A stretch of DNA of 64,000 nt from Octopus vulgaris (Eukaryota): assembly GCA_951406725.2 (NCBI GenBank), contig OX597823.1, positions 72,602,001 through 72,666,000 on the forward strand. Reading direction: 5' to 3'. A program made the translations under genes and the position numbers. Below, piece after piece: positions 39,133-53,840 of this stretch (the first letter of the stretch is position 1; each line of letters starts with the position of its first letter). The notes under the pieces were generated by a model. That model did no database searches, had not been told where the DNA came from, and was given only the letters and a program-made list of their open reading frames with translations.

Positions 39133-39838
39133 TATAATGCTTGTGCCAGCATTATACATAAACATCACTCGTCTATGTTTTCAAGTCATTTGAACCACTG
39201 TTGGCATGAATCATTCTACATTTGTACAAAAATTTTCTCATTGTCATTTATATGCACCAACTCGCTTGCTTCCTCCCTTAGGTACTGATGCACGCACTCG
39301 CAAACGGACTCACTCAGGCACACACCCAGCCATCAACTCACTCTCTATATAACGTACTTCTGCTCTTAATCAACTTATCTATATGCATTTTTGCTCAGTA
39401 TCTCTCTAACCTCCAGTTTCTATTATTCCGATAATAGACAAATAACTGTCTGGGCTATTGTAAATTTATTGATCAAAATTTCTCTCTCGAATAGATTCGC
39501 AAAAGCTGGGTGAGCTAACGTATCTACCTAATTATTAAGCAGGTATGTATGTGGTTTCTTCATTCCAGACGGCAAGAGATCGGTTAATAACAAGCAAACA
39601 AACAAAATATATGTGGTGGTGTAATTGTTATTGTCACCTGCTCCTAAGTATCTGTAATCAGTTTTCGTACAATTTCCATTCAATGTGGTAATATGTTAGT
39701 TCAATATTATTGGGAAAAGATTTCCTAGCATATAAATAGATGTAGAAACACAAGCATGCATACAAATCTTGTGGCAGTGTGAATATATATATATACATTA
39801 TGTATGTATTATGTATGCATATAAATATAAATATATAA

Positions 39839-39871
<33 letters not shown>

Positions 39872-40039
39872 TGTGTGTGTGTGTACATTATGAATGTATG
39901 TATTATGTATGCATATAAATATAAATATAGATATATATATATATGTATACATACACACACATACACAAACACACACACACATATATATATATATATACAT
40001 ATGTATATTATATGCATATGGAAATATGTGTTTATGTGA

Positions 40040-40077
<38 letters not shown>

Positions 40078-40168
40078 GAAGCGCTAATCCGAATGATATG
40101 ATATATATGTAAAATGTAATATATAAATAAATATCTACAAATATGAACCATCTGATCTGATTATAATT

Positions 40169-40202
<34 letters not shown>

Positions 40203-40283
40203 CCATAGATGTAGGCATATACATGCTTACATACATACACACACGAATATATGTGTGTGTATATATATGTATATGTTCATATG

Positions 40284-40353
<70 letters not shown>

Positions 40354-41129
40354 AATTAGGTACTTACATTGAGGCACGAGCCCGGTCTGGTATTATCCGT
40401 ACACCACGAAGTAAGGTGAATTGACAGGCAATAAGTAAGTAGGATGTCAAGTTAACAATGCATTACGGCCGCTTGAGGCGATTGCATTTAATCTATGGAT
40501 GTAAGTATTACATCAATTTAAAATACACCGCCTTCCTCGGACGCATAAGACCATAAAGGTTTTCAACTTATAGGATACACTATTATAATTTTTTTACCAA
40601 ATTTTTAATCAGAACTAGGGAATAAAATAATTACACGCATGTTGCTATTATTGTAGTAGAATGAACTTTAGGAGAAAATGGCGCAGTTATAATTTGGAGT
40701 GGCAGAAGCAGATAACTATGGGGGCTAAGTGATGGTAATATAGCTACGTTTATATCTCTCCTTATCACAATCAAAAGATCTATTGCAGCTGGTATTCTAC
40801 ATCTACTAAGAATTAAAACCACTGGGAATTGACCTCTAAGTTCTAGCTGCTGATAATAAAATTAGTTTTATTATTTTACTATGGCTATTTATTATCATCA
40901 GTTAAAAAGTTATCTACAATTGAAAATAAAGGACGTTACAATGATGTCTAAATGGGCACTAGGGGTACAGGGGGAAAATGTATATCTAACGTTAGCAAAT
41001 ATTTTTTAATTTAGAAAGGGATTTAAGGACCAAGTAAGAGAAGAAGGATATGTAAACCAATATAAACCAATGTAAGCCCTAAAAATAGAGTACTGTTATA
41101 TAAAATTGAAGCCTCAAAATCCCAGGATG

Positions 41130-41350
41130 GAGCATTATGAGGTTTCTATTTAAAGGGGTTTATATAAGGCGTCTACAGTCATCAGTGTAGGCTATAGTGA
41201 AACGGTGGCCAACAAACTGAAACCAGCAATTCGCACAAAAAGGCGAAGTCTATTGTTATTGTTGCACTACCATGCACCCCCACATAAGGCCACATCGTTG
41301 AAACCATTGAAAAATTAGGCTTCGAGTCGCTGAAACACGCTTCGTATTAC
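41130..41350 (+). mobile_element. Mariner transposase internal relic
   Basis: TVISVGYSE..NKLKPAIRTKRRSLL..LLHYHA.P...VETIEKLGFESLKHASY resembles mariner KLKPAIRxKRRG..LLHDNARPH..LEHPPYSP. Confidence 0.75.
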
Positions 41351-42732
41351 AAAAGAATAAAATTCTGACTGATTTTTACCATTTTGTGATTGTGTTATTG
41401 AACATACTTGTTTCTCCTTCAGACAGTTTTGAAAGATATAGTCTCTTTTACAAAATATCCTACATGTTGATACTACAACCTATTTGAAGACCTGATTTGC
41501 CTTCTACTCAAAATAATTTGAACATATTTTTAAAATTTTCATGAATGCAAATATAAATGCTAGGGTGAAGGATTATTTCTCATGCATAATTAGAAATTGA
41601 AAACATGCATGCATAAAAGAAAATTAACATATGAAAGTAGTTCACTGCATTCCTTATTTATTATCTTGCTCAGGACGTTATGCCAATCAACAAATATAGA
41701 ATGACTGACAGTTGTGATGATAATGATCGATAGGGATGCTGTCGATTACATATCCATGGCTGGCAAATAAGACAAATGTAGGGCCTCTAACATTTGCTAT
41801 GAATAATGCGATAATAGCTCAGGATTAATAATTACAGAAAAATCTAATGTATCACCAAGATTTGCAATTACATTTTCATACCTACCATTAAAATGTCTCG
41901 TTTTATCAACAAACTTGCGCCGTTTCCATTTAATCTCATCATTCTAGTTTTAAGTGCACAATCTTTCTTTCTTATATGAATATGAATGTAAACAACCACA
42001 GATATATACCCAACCCACACACATACATACAGGCGTGCGTATATAAACGTAAACATGAATAATGTACGCAAAATATCAGAAGAGCAAACTTTTCTGTTTT
42101 TCTTTTTTTATTTCGATTAACTAAAATTAAAAATTGAAAATAAAACTAAATTCGCCAAACTATTTTTATCACTTAGGGACTGCGATCTGTTCACGAGATT
42201 TTGAAAATAAAACGTTTCAGTTAATTTGTCTCAAACTTGTTATATTAGAAAATAGCATAACGAACTCGTTTTTATCTCATTAAAAGTGCAGGCCATCTGG
42301 ATTGATTCTGTTTAAGTCACGTTTTATATACATATATAAAGCACCTCAAAATTATCAGATTACTTAACTGAAGTAGTCCTATCAATCCGTGCGATGGCTT
42401 CAGTATGTAAAGAATAAAAATACCTCAGATGAGACAATAATTAAAAGAAAACATTTGTTACGCGTGCGAGATGCAAAAACATTTCATATCCAATAAAAAA
42501 TGTTTCCATATCCGTATACAATGACTGAGTAGTTGAGTTTATTATATTAAAAAGTTCTCAATTAGGAAAATATTATCATATATCGAATAACATACGTTAT
42601 ACAAAAGAATGCTTACAAAATAATATGTATAGATATCAAAATTCACGTCTGACCAGCCAACTTGATACATCAGTTAAGTCTTACTAAAAATAATTAACTG
42701 TGAGATATATCTATATTTATACCCTAGTATTT

Positions 42733-42857
<125 letters not shown>

Positions 42858-43179
42858 ATCTATTGTATGATGTATGCTGTATGTATGTGCGTGTTTGTTA
42901 CGTGTGTGTGTGTGTTCAATTGCGAGAAACAGTTTGCTTATTGTGTACTAATACATATGAAATTTATCTGTTCAATGTTAATTAAAAATGATAATCTCAT
43001 TCAAGTTAGGGACTTTCCATTTGATTATCTTCACTAATTTGAATAATATGTCATTTCGCATTATGCATAAATCATAAGAAGTAAATACTTTTGACAATAT
43101 TCTCAAATAAAAGCAAATCAAATTCGTTTACTCTGTGAAATTTATTTCATTTATCAATCATGGTTTTATAGCTCATGTA

Positions 43180-43430
43180 GAGGTGCGTGGCTTAGTGGTT
43201 AGGGTGTCAGCATCATGATCGTAAGATTGTGGTGTCGATTCCTGGACCGGGCGACGTGTTGTGTTTTTGAGCAAAGCACTTTATTTCACTTTGCTCCAGT
43301 CCATCAGCTGGCAAAAATGAGTAACGCTGCGATGGACTGGCGTCCCATCCAGCTTGGGAACACATACGCCACTGAAACCGGGAAACCGGGCCCATGAGCC
43401 TGGTTAGGCTTTAAAAGGGTGCATTTATTT
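43180..43430 (+). mobile_element. tRNA-derived SINE (family C-like head, different tail)
   Basis: A box tggcttagtggtt, B-box-like gtcgattcc, ttgagcaaagcac CORE-like segment, tail gatggactggcgtcccatccag...(TTTA)n. Confidence 0.85.
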
Positions 43431-43906
43431 ATTTATATTTTATGGCTCATATCTCTTCTGTTATTGAGGTTTTAGGAAATCGCTTGCATCAAACCAAATC
43501 AAATTATACTGCAAAAGGAAACTGATCAAACATTAACTTACTCAATATGTGCGCTTTAAAAAGCTAAAGCCATAATTATTTTGCCACACTCCTTAGTGTG
43601 AAACAAAGATTCAGCAAGTTTAATGGAATACAAATTTGCAGTGGAATAAAATGTATTTATGGGACATCAGTTAAAATAAGTGCTAATTGTAAGAAACAGG
43701 CGTTGATGAATGTTCACGAAAGTATTGGACACCCATTTACTTCTTGATTTAGTTTTGCTCAATATGTTCCTATATTACAAAGCTATCATTCCTTGATCTT
43801 TCTCTTTTTTTCCACGCACAGACACAGATACACGAACACACACACACATATTCCCTCTCTATCTATCTGTCTAGCTATCTATCTATCTCTATTCTTATCT
43901 CTTTCT

Positions 43907-43941
<35 letters not shown>

Positions 43942-45491
43942 TTTCTGTCGCACTCACATGCACAAACGCATGCATATATGCTGTGTAAAGTCAGCAAATA
44001 TTAAAGAAAAAGAAGAAACCGTGATGAAGAACGTTTGGCAAGCGTGGTATTAATTTAATACTTAAGAATTTGAAGTGAGAAATTCCAATGACTCGAACGT
44101 TAGATTTTAGAAATTAAAAAAAATAGAAAAGTATAGGAACAGAGAGGGAAGCAAACATATTTGGAGTATTAAAGAAAATAGTAATTTTTGTTAGAAAACA
44201 CATTACAAAAGAAGATATATTTCTTACAAAAAAAAAACTAATGTAAAGAATGCAGAAGGGAGGCGGTCTAACCACAGAATCCTACTCTTCTATGTATGAG
44301 TAGAGAAGACATAGAGGGGCAGGTATACAAGCGTCTATATATCTGAGTATGTCTGGAAGTGGACATTAAGGACAAATGTATAGTTGCGTGTGGGTGTGTA
44401 GTATTATATCTCAATACGTGTTTGCAAGAATGAAACTATTGCAGCGTTTGTATGTAGGATAAGTGGATATTAATATATATACGTGTAATTATTCGCTAGG
44501 TAGTGTGAAAGTATCTGAGGATGTGAGAGCGTGTGTCGTGGAATAAAGATGCAGAAGAAGAACAAGGGAGGAAAATAGTAAGGAAGTATATAGAATTGAA
44601 TTTATGCGTGTGCAAATGAGCAAACTCAGACATATATGGATAGAAAATTGTTTTTTTTTTTCAAAATGCGTGCCTGAGAAACACAGACAGAATCGTATTG
44701 AACTCGGAAAAGATCGTTAAATTGTTTTAAAAAGGTCATAAATTTGGTGCAATCTATTAAAAATGGTGAAATATTAATGATGCAAGATGAAAACAAGACT
44801 TTAATTGCACAAGTGCTGTTGGAAGAGCGAAAAGTTGTACACACATACATCCCTATCTAACGACATATATTAGCTGCTATCATATTATAAACACTAACAT
44901 ATTTATGTATTTTTAAGTTATAGCAAAGTATACACACAATAAATCTGCTATCATATTAAATTTCACGCAATGTAAATTAAGAAATTTATATCAACATCAC
45001 AATAAGAGTTGATATGGAAATCATTGCTGTGGTGCTTATTCACACTACTTTCCTAACAAAGTGCGTCTATTAGCATATGTTGGCAAAGTCAGTTAATCGT
45101 TCACGTTGCACGGATTAACAACTACTTGATATAGAAATATTTCTAGAAAAAGAGATACAATTCTACAATATATCCATTGTGTCTCAATTTTGATGAATCT
45201 GTCTTTTAGTAATCTATACATTTCTGTAGAATACATGCTGTATTGTAGACAAATTATTTTCATAACATTTTCCAGTTAGGTTGTCAGTAATGGTATTATG
45301 AAGTAAAATATATCCTTCAGAAAATTGGTAGCATATTGCATGGTATGCTTCCAGGTGTTTGCTATAATAAATATCAGATGCAGCTGGCAGAAAACTACAC
45401 TAAAAGTAGAAATACTGAATATATGGATTGGGGCACTAATATATAACGAGGCAACTCAGTAACTTCAGTCAATGTTTTTTATAATTTATAC

Positions 45492-46179
45492 AATATCTAT
45501 TTTATATTAGTTGTGTGTTAGTTTTTATGACAATGTAACACCAACATTTTGTTGATAAATGATAGTGATTTCCATTTATTTGTAAGTAAGATGTTTCTTT
45601 TTACCTTCAACTTTACTATAATTTAACATGGTCATTCAAGCCACATTACTACTATACTTGTTATTGTTTCCATTCGGGGCATTTTACATTCTTAAACTCT
45701 CCTTTATATTTTCCATTTTAGATTTTAGAATATTTCAAACTTTATATGAACGATAACATTGTCCAAGTCATAAACCCTGCCCTGAGTTATTTATGTTACA
45801 GTATACACACATTATCATTAAATATTGTTATTTATAAAGAATGTCCATAACCATGACTGTTACTTTATCGATTCGGTTAATTGCCCGATGTTCTAAAACA
45901 CTATGAAGACATATCAAATCGATTCTTCATGGATATACACAGTATTTGACTTATGAAATTAACGACAATCAAATAACGGGGATATTCGGCATTTTTGGTT
46001 CTGCCTATACCTTACATCGAACTGCCTAAATATGCTTTGGTAAAATCTGTTTCAGCAGATGAAATTCTAATTAAGTTTATCTTACTTACAAATAAATGGA
46101 AATCACTATCATTTATCAACAAAATGTTGGTGTTACATTGTCATAAAAACTAACGCACAACTAATATAAAATAGATATT
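45492..46179. repeat. 101-bp near-perfect inverted repeat enclosing a 486-bp spacer
   Basis: Arms 45492-45592 and 46079-46179 with one mismatch seen. Confidence 0.92.
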
Positions 46180-48722
46180 TTTGCAGTAAATATTCGCTGC
46201 TCTTCAATAGAAACAGGAAATTAAATATACTCGTAACTCAGATTTAATATTCAAATTAAAAATTAAGATACATTTTCCAAAAACATCTGAAACAGTGTAC
46301 GTTTTGTTTAGTATTTAAATACAATTATTCATTTTATCATGTTTGCATAAAATGAGGGATATTTGTGAATATAGTGTGAGTTGATAAAATCATAATTTTT
46401 ATATTTATGTTTCCTACATATTTTAAAATTCTAAGTTGTTACTTTTTTTTATTTCGAAGGCTTTGATGATAGAAAGTTCAAAAGAAAACTGATTCAATAA
46501 TAAAACGCGCATATTTGTAATAAACATGTTTATAATTCTTTATAAAACGTATATGCTCAGCTAATAAAAGAGAGTGGATATTGTAAAATATCAGAAAAAT
46601 ATTTCTGGTTTATTTGGATAAAACTCCTCGTTTAAAATTACACCTGTACATGTCAACATGTAAACAGAAAGCAAACACTTACACACACATGCACACACAT
46701 ACGTACACACACACATCCACCTTCCATAAATGGAATGTTGCTGTCACAAAACTTGCTGAGAAATTGAGTGCATGACGTAAATTTTTTACAGTACTACGAA
46801 TTTATGGTTTCAGCTAAATATTTCCTTTGTTTCTGCTTATCCATGAAAAGTATCTGTACAAATCAGTCTATCTACCTACATGTCTGTCTTTCAATCTATC
46901 AATCTGTTTTTCTATCTATTTAATCTATCTCCATACATACATATATATATATATACGTGTGTGTGTGAATATCAATGTATGTATGAATGCATGTATGTAT
47001 GCATGTATGTATGTATGTATGTATGTATATATGTATGTATGTATGTATGCATGTATGCATACACAGGATGTTGTAGTTCTCTCGCCGCAAGGAACACATA
47101 ACAACAGCAATTTCCGATATGACCTCAATGTTATTTCAGGCTGAGCGGTTTGAATTAATCACCGTCACATTTACATATAACAATTTAACATTGTTTATTT
47201 AAATCGAACTCAAATGATTGCTATCTTTAATAGGTTCGCTATTACATCTATATATATATTTAACTTCAAGGTCCCTCAAGTTTCATATGTTTGCACAAAT
47301 AACCTCGCTCTTCAGTCCTATCAAATCACAGAGAACAATTATAAAGCTAATTGTACTGAACTGGCAGTGCAGCACTCAAATTATAAAATGCATTCATGAA
47401 AAAGAGAGGAGACCGGGAATAAATATACTAAATACGGGATTGGTATGTTTGATACAGGTACGATGTTTCAGTTAACACTAATGACGGTATAGAGTCATAT
47501 ACAAAATGTCTTTGTACCTTTCTTCGCTTCATCAGGTCCGATCTCGGTCTGCACACCATGATAAACGGACTAACTATATAAAAAATAAGATCCAATGCGC
47601 AAGTTATTCATACAAGAAACAAGACCTCTTTACGAATTTATATTATAGAATCTTGAATACTTAAATGTATTTCAGTCACGGAAACATATGCATCATATGC
47701 ACATCAGAACATACCGAAATGCACAAGCTCAGACACATAAGAATTCAGGTATGCGTACGTGCGTACCTGTCTGTATATGTGTGGTTATTATGTACGTGTT
47801 TGCAACGTATGTGTTAGCCCGTGTATTGTAGCAAATTCTTTACACTATTTTATTTTACAAATAGTATATCATTTTACAAACGAACATATTATGAAGATTA
47901 TATTATCTTATAAACGATGTTTAAATTCTTAGAATTCTAAAAACCTAATCATTTCGAGGCACTAAGAATTCTCATTTTGAATATGATTTTTCTTCAAACA
48001 TTATTTTCTTGGTTTCCCATATAAATACTTACCATACGCTTTCCAAAAATAAATGGAAGGTTAATTATCACTGAAGGTGACTTGCCAATCTTTATTGCAC
48101 TCGTACAATTTCTACCAGTATGAGATTGGTACTAGCTTATGCGAACTTGAAACCCATCGTACGTTTTTATATGAAACTCGTGCAAGATGGGTTACTTTAT
48201 TTATTTGCCCAATTTTTTATATTCCAGGATTTGTTTCTATTATTTCAGAAACAGTGAACTGTTTAAAAATGCTATAAAAGACTATCTTCCATATATCTCT
48301 TTACTGTTTTCTTTGCCAAAATATTTACTCCTTTCTTTCTAAGTCCATAATACAATAATATAGTTGTAATAAAAAAAAGTCGTAGTTGCTTTGTGCCGAA
48401 AAGTTTAAAAGGACTTGAACAGGAGGTACATATAGATAATAAATTAAATACTATATGGTTCAAAACGAATGCTAAAGGCATTGTATTTAAAATGATAAAA
48501 AAAAGACTATTGAACTGAATATAAGAATATAGATTACATAATATATAAAAATTTATACGATGCACTTCGTTCCATTAAACTACAATCGACTTCAGTAATG
48601 CAAAACAGTATACAGCATTGATTATTGCTAGTCTGCTCTCTTTATTACAACAGAATACATCTGAAGGAACGGTTGCGTATTCGCATGCACGTCCCGCCCT
48701 CCCAAGCACACTCATATGCATT

Positions 48723-48798
<76 letters not shown>

Positions 48799-50654
48799 GT
48801 ATACATACGTGTATATTCTATACACATATGCATTATATATGCATTTATGCATACATGTATGCACATAGGTATGTATATAAATACATATGGAAGGCAGAGA
48901 TCCAGCATGGCTACAGTCAAATGACTAAAAAAAGTAAAAGTATAAAAGCGTGTATGTATATATATATATATATGCTGATTTTTCCCTTCACACACACACA
49001 CACGCACCCTCACACATGTGTATATATGCACATGCAATATTTTATGCGCATGTGTTTCTGATTGTATGTGTCTGCATATAGGCGTCACTTTGTGCGTGTT
49101 TGTGTGTGTTCATTGCTAACTCCCAGCGGATCTTGATGTAGCTAACGTAAGATTTAATGCTTTCCATCCACGATGCATCTGTACTGATGCTGTTGCAGTT
49201 AACGTGCAACTAGTGCAACATATCCAGCACAATATACTTTGATGTTTTAGGCTCTATGTTTTGATTTGAGAGAAATATTGCTGCTTTTTCGCTGGGCATG
49301 TATGTAAACTCCGCATTTCTTTTGATTTAGTGAAATAGATCGCTACAACAATTCTGCATTGCTAATTCGTTTGTACGTGAGTGTGTGTGTGTTAGAATGT
49401 GTCCGTGTGTTTGTGTTTTTGCGGCATAGATATGCTTGTGTAGTATCTTAATATTCTGAGCAATTTCATTCATGTTTGCATTTATTGTTATTATTTTCTA
49501 TATTTTATAATTATCTTCTTGTCATTTCCGTTCAGGTAAATATTTGTAAAATTACCTTGTTACATATAAACCATTTTCACCGTTGCATTTATGTTCTCTG
49601 GTAATTTTTCCTTTCTATACTTTCCTATTTCATGTTTTTTCTGTAAATTAAAACACGTTCTGAATTAATGTGTGACGTAACTCTTGAAATGTTTTTATTT
49701 TCTCTCTACATGTAAAATGTTATTAATACTATTCCATATGATTACTTTATAATTTTCGGCATATACGTACTTTGTTAAATACTGGCGTTTAAATATATCC
49801 ATCTCAATAAATTGGATTATTTACTTCCACACTTTTCGACATTTTTCCATTACTAAGGCGTTCAAAATGGAGTGTTAGCTTTTTGGCTATCTTTTTTTAC
49901 ACCTGAAGTGTGTGTCTATTTTTCACATTTTATTTATACAAATTTTAACTCACAAATGGGATCAATACATGTGGTTAATGTCTTTTTTTACTTTTATCTG
50001 AAGTGCTGTGGCCATGCTAAAGCACTGGCAACATATTTTGTTTGATAGCATAATATTTGTAAATTATACCGTAATTGCTTGAATTTCTTTCAGCCATGCA
50101 CTTCCAAAACTGAAGAGAGCAGTGTCTATCTGATAGCCAAACAGAAAACAGAATGTTACTAGTATTGACGACAACAGCCTTGAAGACACGATGTGTGAGT
50201 CATCTAATAGAATAGAAAGCATGCTAGCGTCAAGATTTTAACAATATATCAAGTTAGTTTGCAATAAATTCAATATTAGTATTTAACATCTACCACTAAT
50301 ATGTCTCGCTAGGTTTCCTTTCAAGATAAATTTTAACGATCCTGAAGCCCTGTAATAAATGAATTTCGGTATAGTTCTGACACCTACAAAATAGAACGTC
50401 TTATACAGGTAATCTGGTAACACATTATTAGATTTTATTGTCTAGAAACCTTTTACTCAGATACTTGCTTGGTTATGACTGGCCTAGTGATATAATGCTA
50501 TAGTAAACTCTAATAGTGATAAGGTTCTCTTAAAATAATTCTGAAGTTACACTTATTACGAACAATGTAAATATAGTAAATAAGCATGATCTTCTGAAAA
50601 TAACCTCTAATAGAACGGTTACAAGACCCTTTCTAGCAGTAGCAATAATCCAGT

Positions 50655-51035
50655 CTTTTAACTTTTGATTGGTTCACTCATTAGATTGCGGCCGTGCTGG
50701 GAAACCGCATGAAAGAATCTTTTAGCCGAGTAAATCGATCTTAGCACTTAATCTTTAAAAGCCTAATACTTATTCTATCTGCCACTGATTTCTGAACCTC
50801 TAGCTAACGTGGATGTAAAGACAATAACACAACTTGTCAAGCGGTGTGAAGGGAACACACATAGAAATATACATACGACTTGCTTCTAGTTCCCGTCTAC
50901 CAAATCTACTCACAAGTATTTTGGTCGGTCCGAAACTATAGTTGAAGACAGGACATTTACCCAAGCTGCCGCGCAATGGGACAGAAATGGAACCATAAGG
51001 TTGGGAAGCAACCTTCCTGCCACATTGCCGCGCCT
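50655..51035 (-). mobile_element. SINE family A, old copy
   Basis: cccgtctaccaaatctactcacaag, ttgtcaagcggtg and tacttattctatc. Confidence 0.8.
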
Positions 51036-52406
51036 ATTTAATATCTTTTATTGGAAATATAACACCCTTCATTACTTAATTTGTATGACTGCCACAATGC
51101 AGTACATATGAAGGTAATCCCAGGAAACCTACGTTCGAGGAAATGTCATTGGGCGTAGAAATTTGTGTAGGGTCTTGGTTGATCACAGTATGAAAGATGA
51201 GATGAAAGTCAAATGGACTGACTTTGAATGCGGTTTACATCATCTTCGAATGAGTCAACTTCATTAACGATCTAAACGGAGCATTACAGAGTTAGGAGAT
51301 GATAGGTGCTGAATTGTTGAAATATTTTCTCACCCGAATAATATAGGCTTTGATATGCAATCTTTTATGTGCTAAGATTGTGCGCGCACTACAAAAGATT
51401 ACCAGTGATGCTTCGAATCAGGATGGTTTCAATTACAGGGTACTCCAGTGTAAATGGAATATTATGTCTTGTTATAAATAGAGAATTGATCTTTTTGTTT
51501 TTGCTGTTGAAGGAGACAAAATTAGCATAAGCTAATTGTCGACGTGTTTCATCATAAAAGTAGGGTTGATTTGTTGTGAAGTGCCAAATTCACATGTAGA
51601 TATAAAAGCCAATCGAGAATTAAGGGGTTCAATCAAGATGCACATTTCTCTGTCAATGTAAAATGTGTTTGATACGGAAAGAAATGAATGTTCATGAATG
51701 TTTTTACTACACATCAAGCTTTTTCATTGTATACACCAAATGCTTCATAATGCATTGTGTATAAGCACCATTTTTTGTGATTTTGTATGCCTTTGTCATG
51801 TGTATGTATTTAAAATCTTCAATTGCTTATGAAGAATTAAGAAGATTTACAATAATTTGTGCTTTCACTATTTTGTTACAATGACTGAACACATATTCGA
51901 AGATTGACTGAACGAAAACATTGCAATAAATTTCATTTGAATTTCTAAATATGATTACTTTATGAAATTCTACTTGGATATTTGTGACAGAAAATTTAAG
52001 CCGAAATGATGGAATAAATAAAGTAAGGATTACAGGGAAATATAAAGTTTTATGTGGGGATTAACGTTTTCTCCTAATTCCTTCCTGAACTGACTGGCAT
52101 TCCGAACTGCGCTAGGTGCTTCAGAGCATAAGTTACAAATATAGAAAATATAGATCTTTCTAACCTGTATCTGAGTACATATAGGTAGCAATTCCTTTTT
52201 GATAGAAATTGGACGCCCTCTATGGCGGCTGCATGTTTTCTATGCATATATCATTTCTGTAGTCATCACATTAGTAGTGTTTTAATGCAAAAATGTATAC
52301 CAGGTTGTACATTCATCTCACACAAACACACACACATACACACACACATATACGCACTTAAATATATGTCTGGTCATAGAGTAACCAATGATTTCGCATC
52401 CAGAAA

Positions 52407-52451
<45 letters not shown>

Positions 52452-53647
52452 TGATTCAGTAGCGGAAAATCCAATATTAATCTCATTTATAAAAGCTAGA
52501 GCAATATTATTTTCTGAGTTTTGCACTTTAATTACTATTGTACATTTGTTTCCGTAGCCGAAAATCTTTATGTGTGTATCTTCTTTCTTACTATATATAT
52601 TATTGTAATTTACAATATGATTGTTATTATTGTCAATATTCTCTTATTAATAAGTTGAAAAGCGTACAAATATCATGAAATAGTTAAATTTTATGATGGT
52701 TGTTTCTCTTCCTTTGTTTTCTTTGCGTTAAAAGGATATGAAAGAATCTGGGATGCTTTTTGAAGAAAAGTTTTTAATCACAGTTGTAAAAGACAATTGT
52801 GAATATCAAATATTTGCAATTACATGCGATTGTTTGTAATGCAATTCCATTTAAAATTTATTTGAACATAAAATGGCACAAGAAGCTAAAAGGTCAAAAC
52901 GAATTACGGATTGTTAATGAAAGTTAAATACAACTAATTTTTCTGGTTACATTCGTAATGTTCTGGAGGAAATTGTATTCAGGTTAATGAATATTGATTC
53001 GTGTTGAGATGAACACAGATCTGATGATGTCATCTTGAATAAAGCAAATATTAAAAGCCCTACGGTCGTGGTAAGCCATCAAAGTTTTGATGACGACTGC
53101 TTATAATAACTAAATTACTGCAGATCTATATTTTACAGGAATTTGTACCATCGTCTTCAATAAGCTGACAGGCATCTTTGGCAAGAGGAAATTCTGTAAA
53201 TTTTGCATCATATTTCTCGGCATAATATGAGTGAATTGAAAGCATACATCATATTTTTACGTAATAGAAGCCTAATTAAACAGATGTAATACCCTTGCTA
53301 AATGAGAAAATAATCGTGCAAAGATTGTAAGGAACAGTGATAAAATAAGACAAATCGTTTTCATAAATTAGAATCGTACCCCCATTGACGAGAACATTCA
53401 TTATCAAAATACATTTTCTCTAGATAAATACAAACTTAACTGGATAATGTTTGTTGTCAACACTAACGTTTTAATTTGAATCAATAAAAATTTCTCTTCA
53501 TTAAGTATGTTATTGCTCAATATATGATTTAGCTAAACAGTTCACACCTGCTAAAACCTGCGTAAATTGTAATTAACTTTAATTATTTCAAGGATTCAAG
53601 ATACCTGAGATGTATAAATGACTATGTGATTGTGCAAAGGATGAGTA

Positions 53648-53840
53648 ATGCTTTCGGTATTTCATCTGCCGTTACGTTGTGAGTTCAAATTCCGCTGAAT
53701 TCGACTTTGCCTTTCATCCCTTCGGTGTCGATAAATTAAGTACCAGTTGCGCACTGGGGTCAATGTAATCGACTTAATCCGTTTGTCTATCCGTGTTTGT
53801 CCTCTCTGTGTTTAGCCTCTTGTGGGTAGTAAAGAAATAT
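53648..53840 (+). mobile_element. SINE family B with LINE-like tail, 5'-truncated
   Basis: ggtatttcatctgccg...gtttagcctcttgtgggtagtaaagaaata. Confidence 0.9.

Noticed and set aside
47265-47540. Two hammerhead-like CTGA.GA...GAAAC motifs on the minus strand
   Set aside because: Stem I and II pairing is poor and one lacks the GUH triplet; at best decayed relics.
50094-50194. Plus-strand segment between ttctttcag and gtgagt splice-like sites
   Set aside because: Stop codons in all three frames and no other support.
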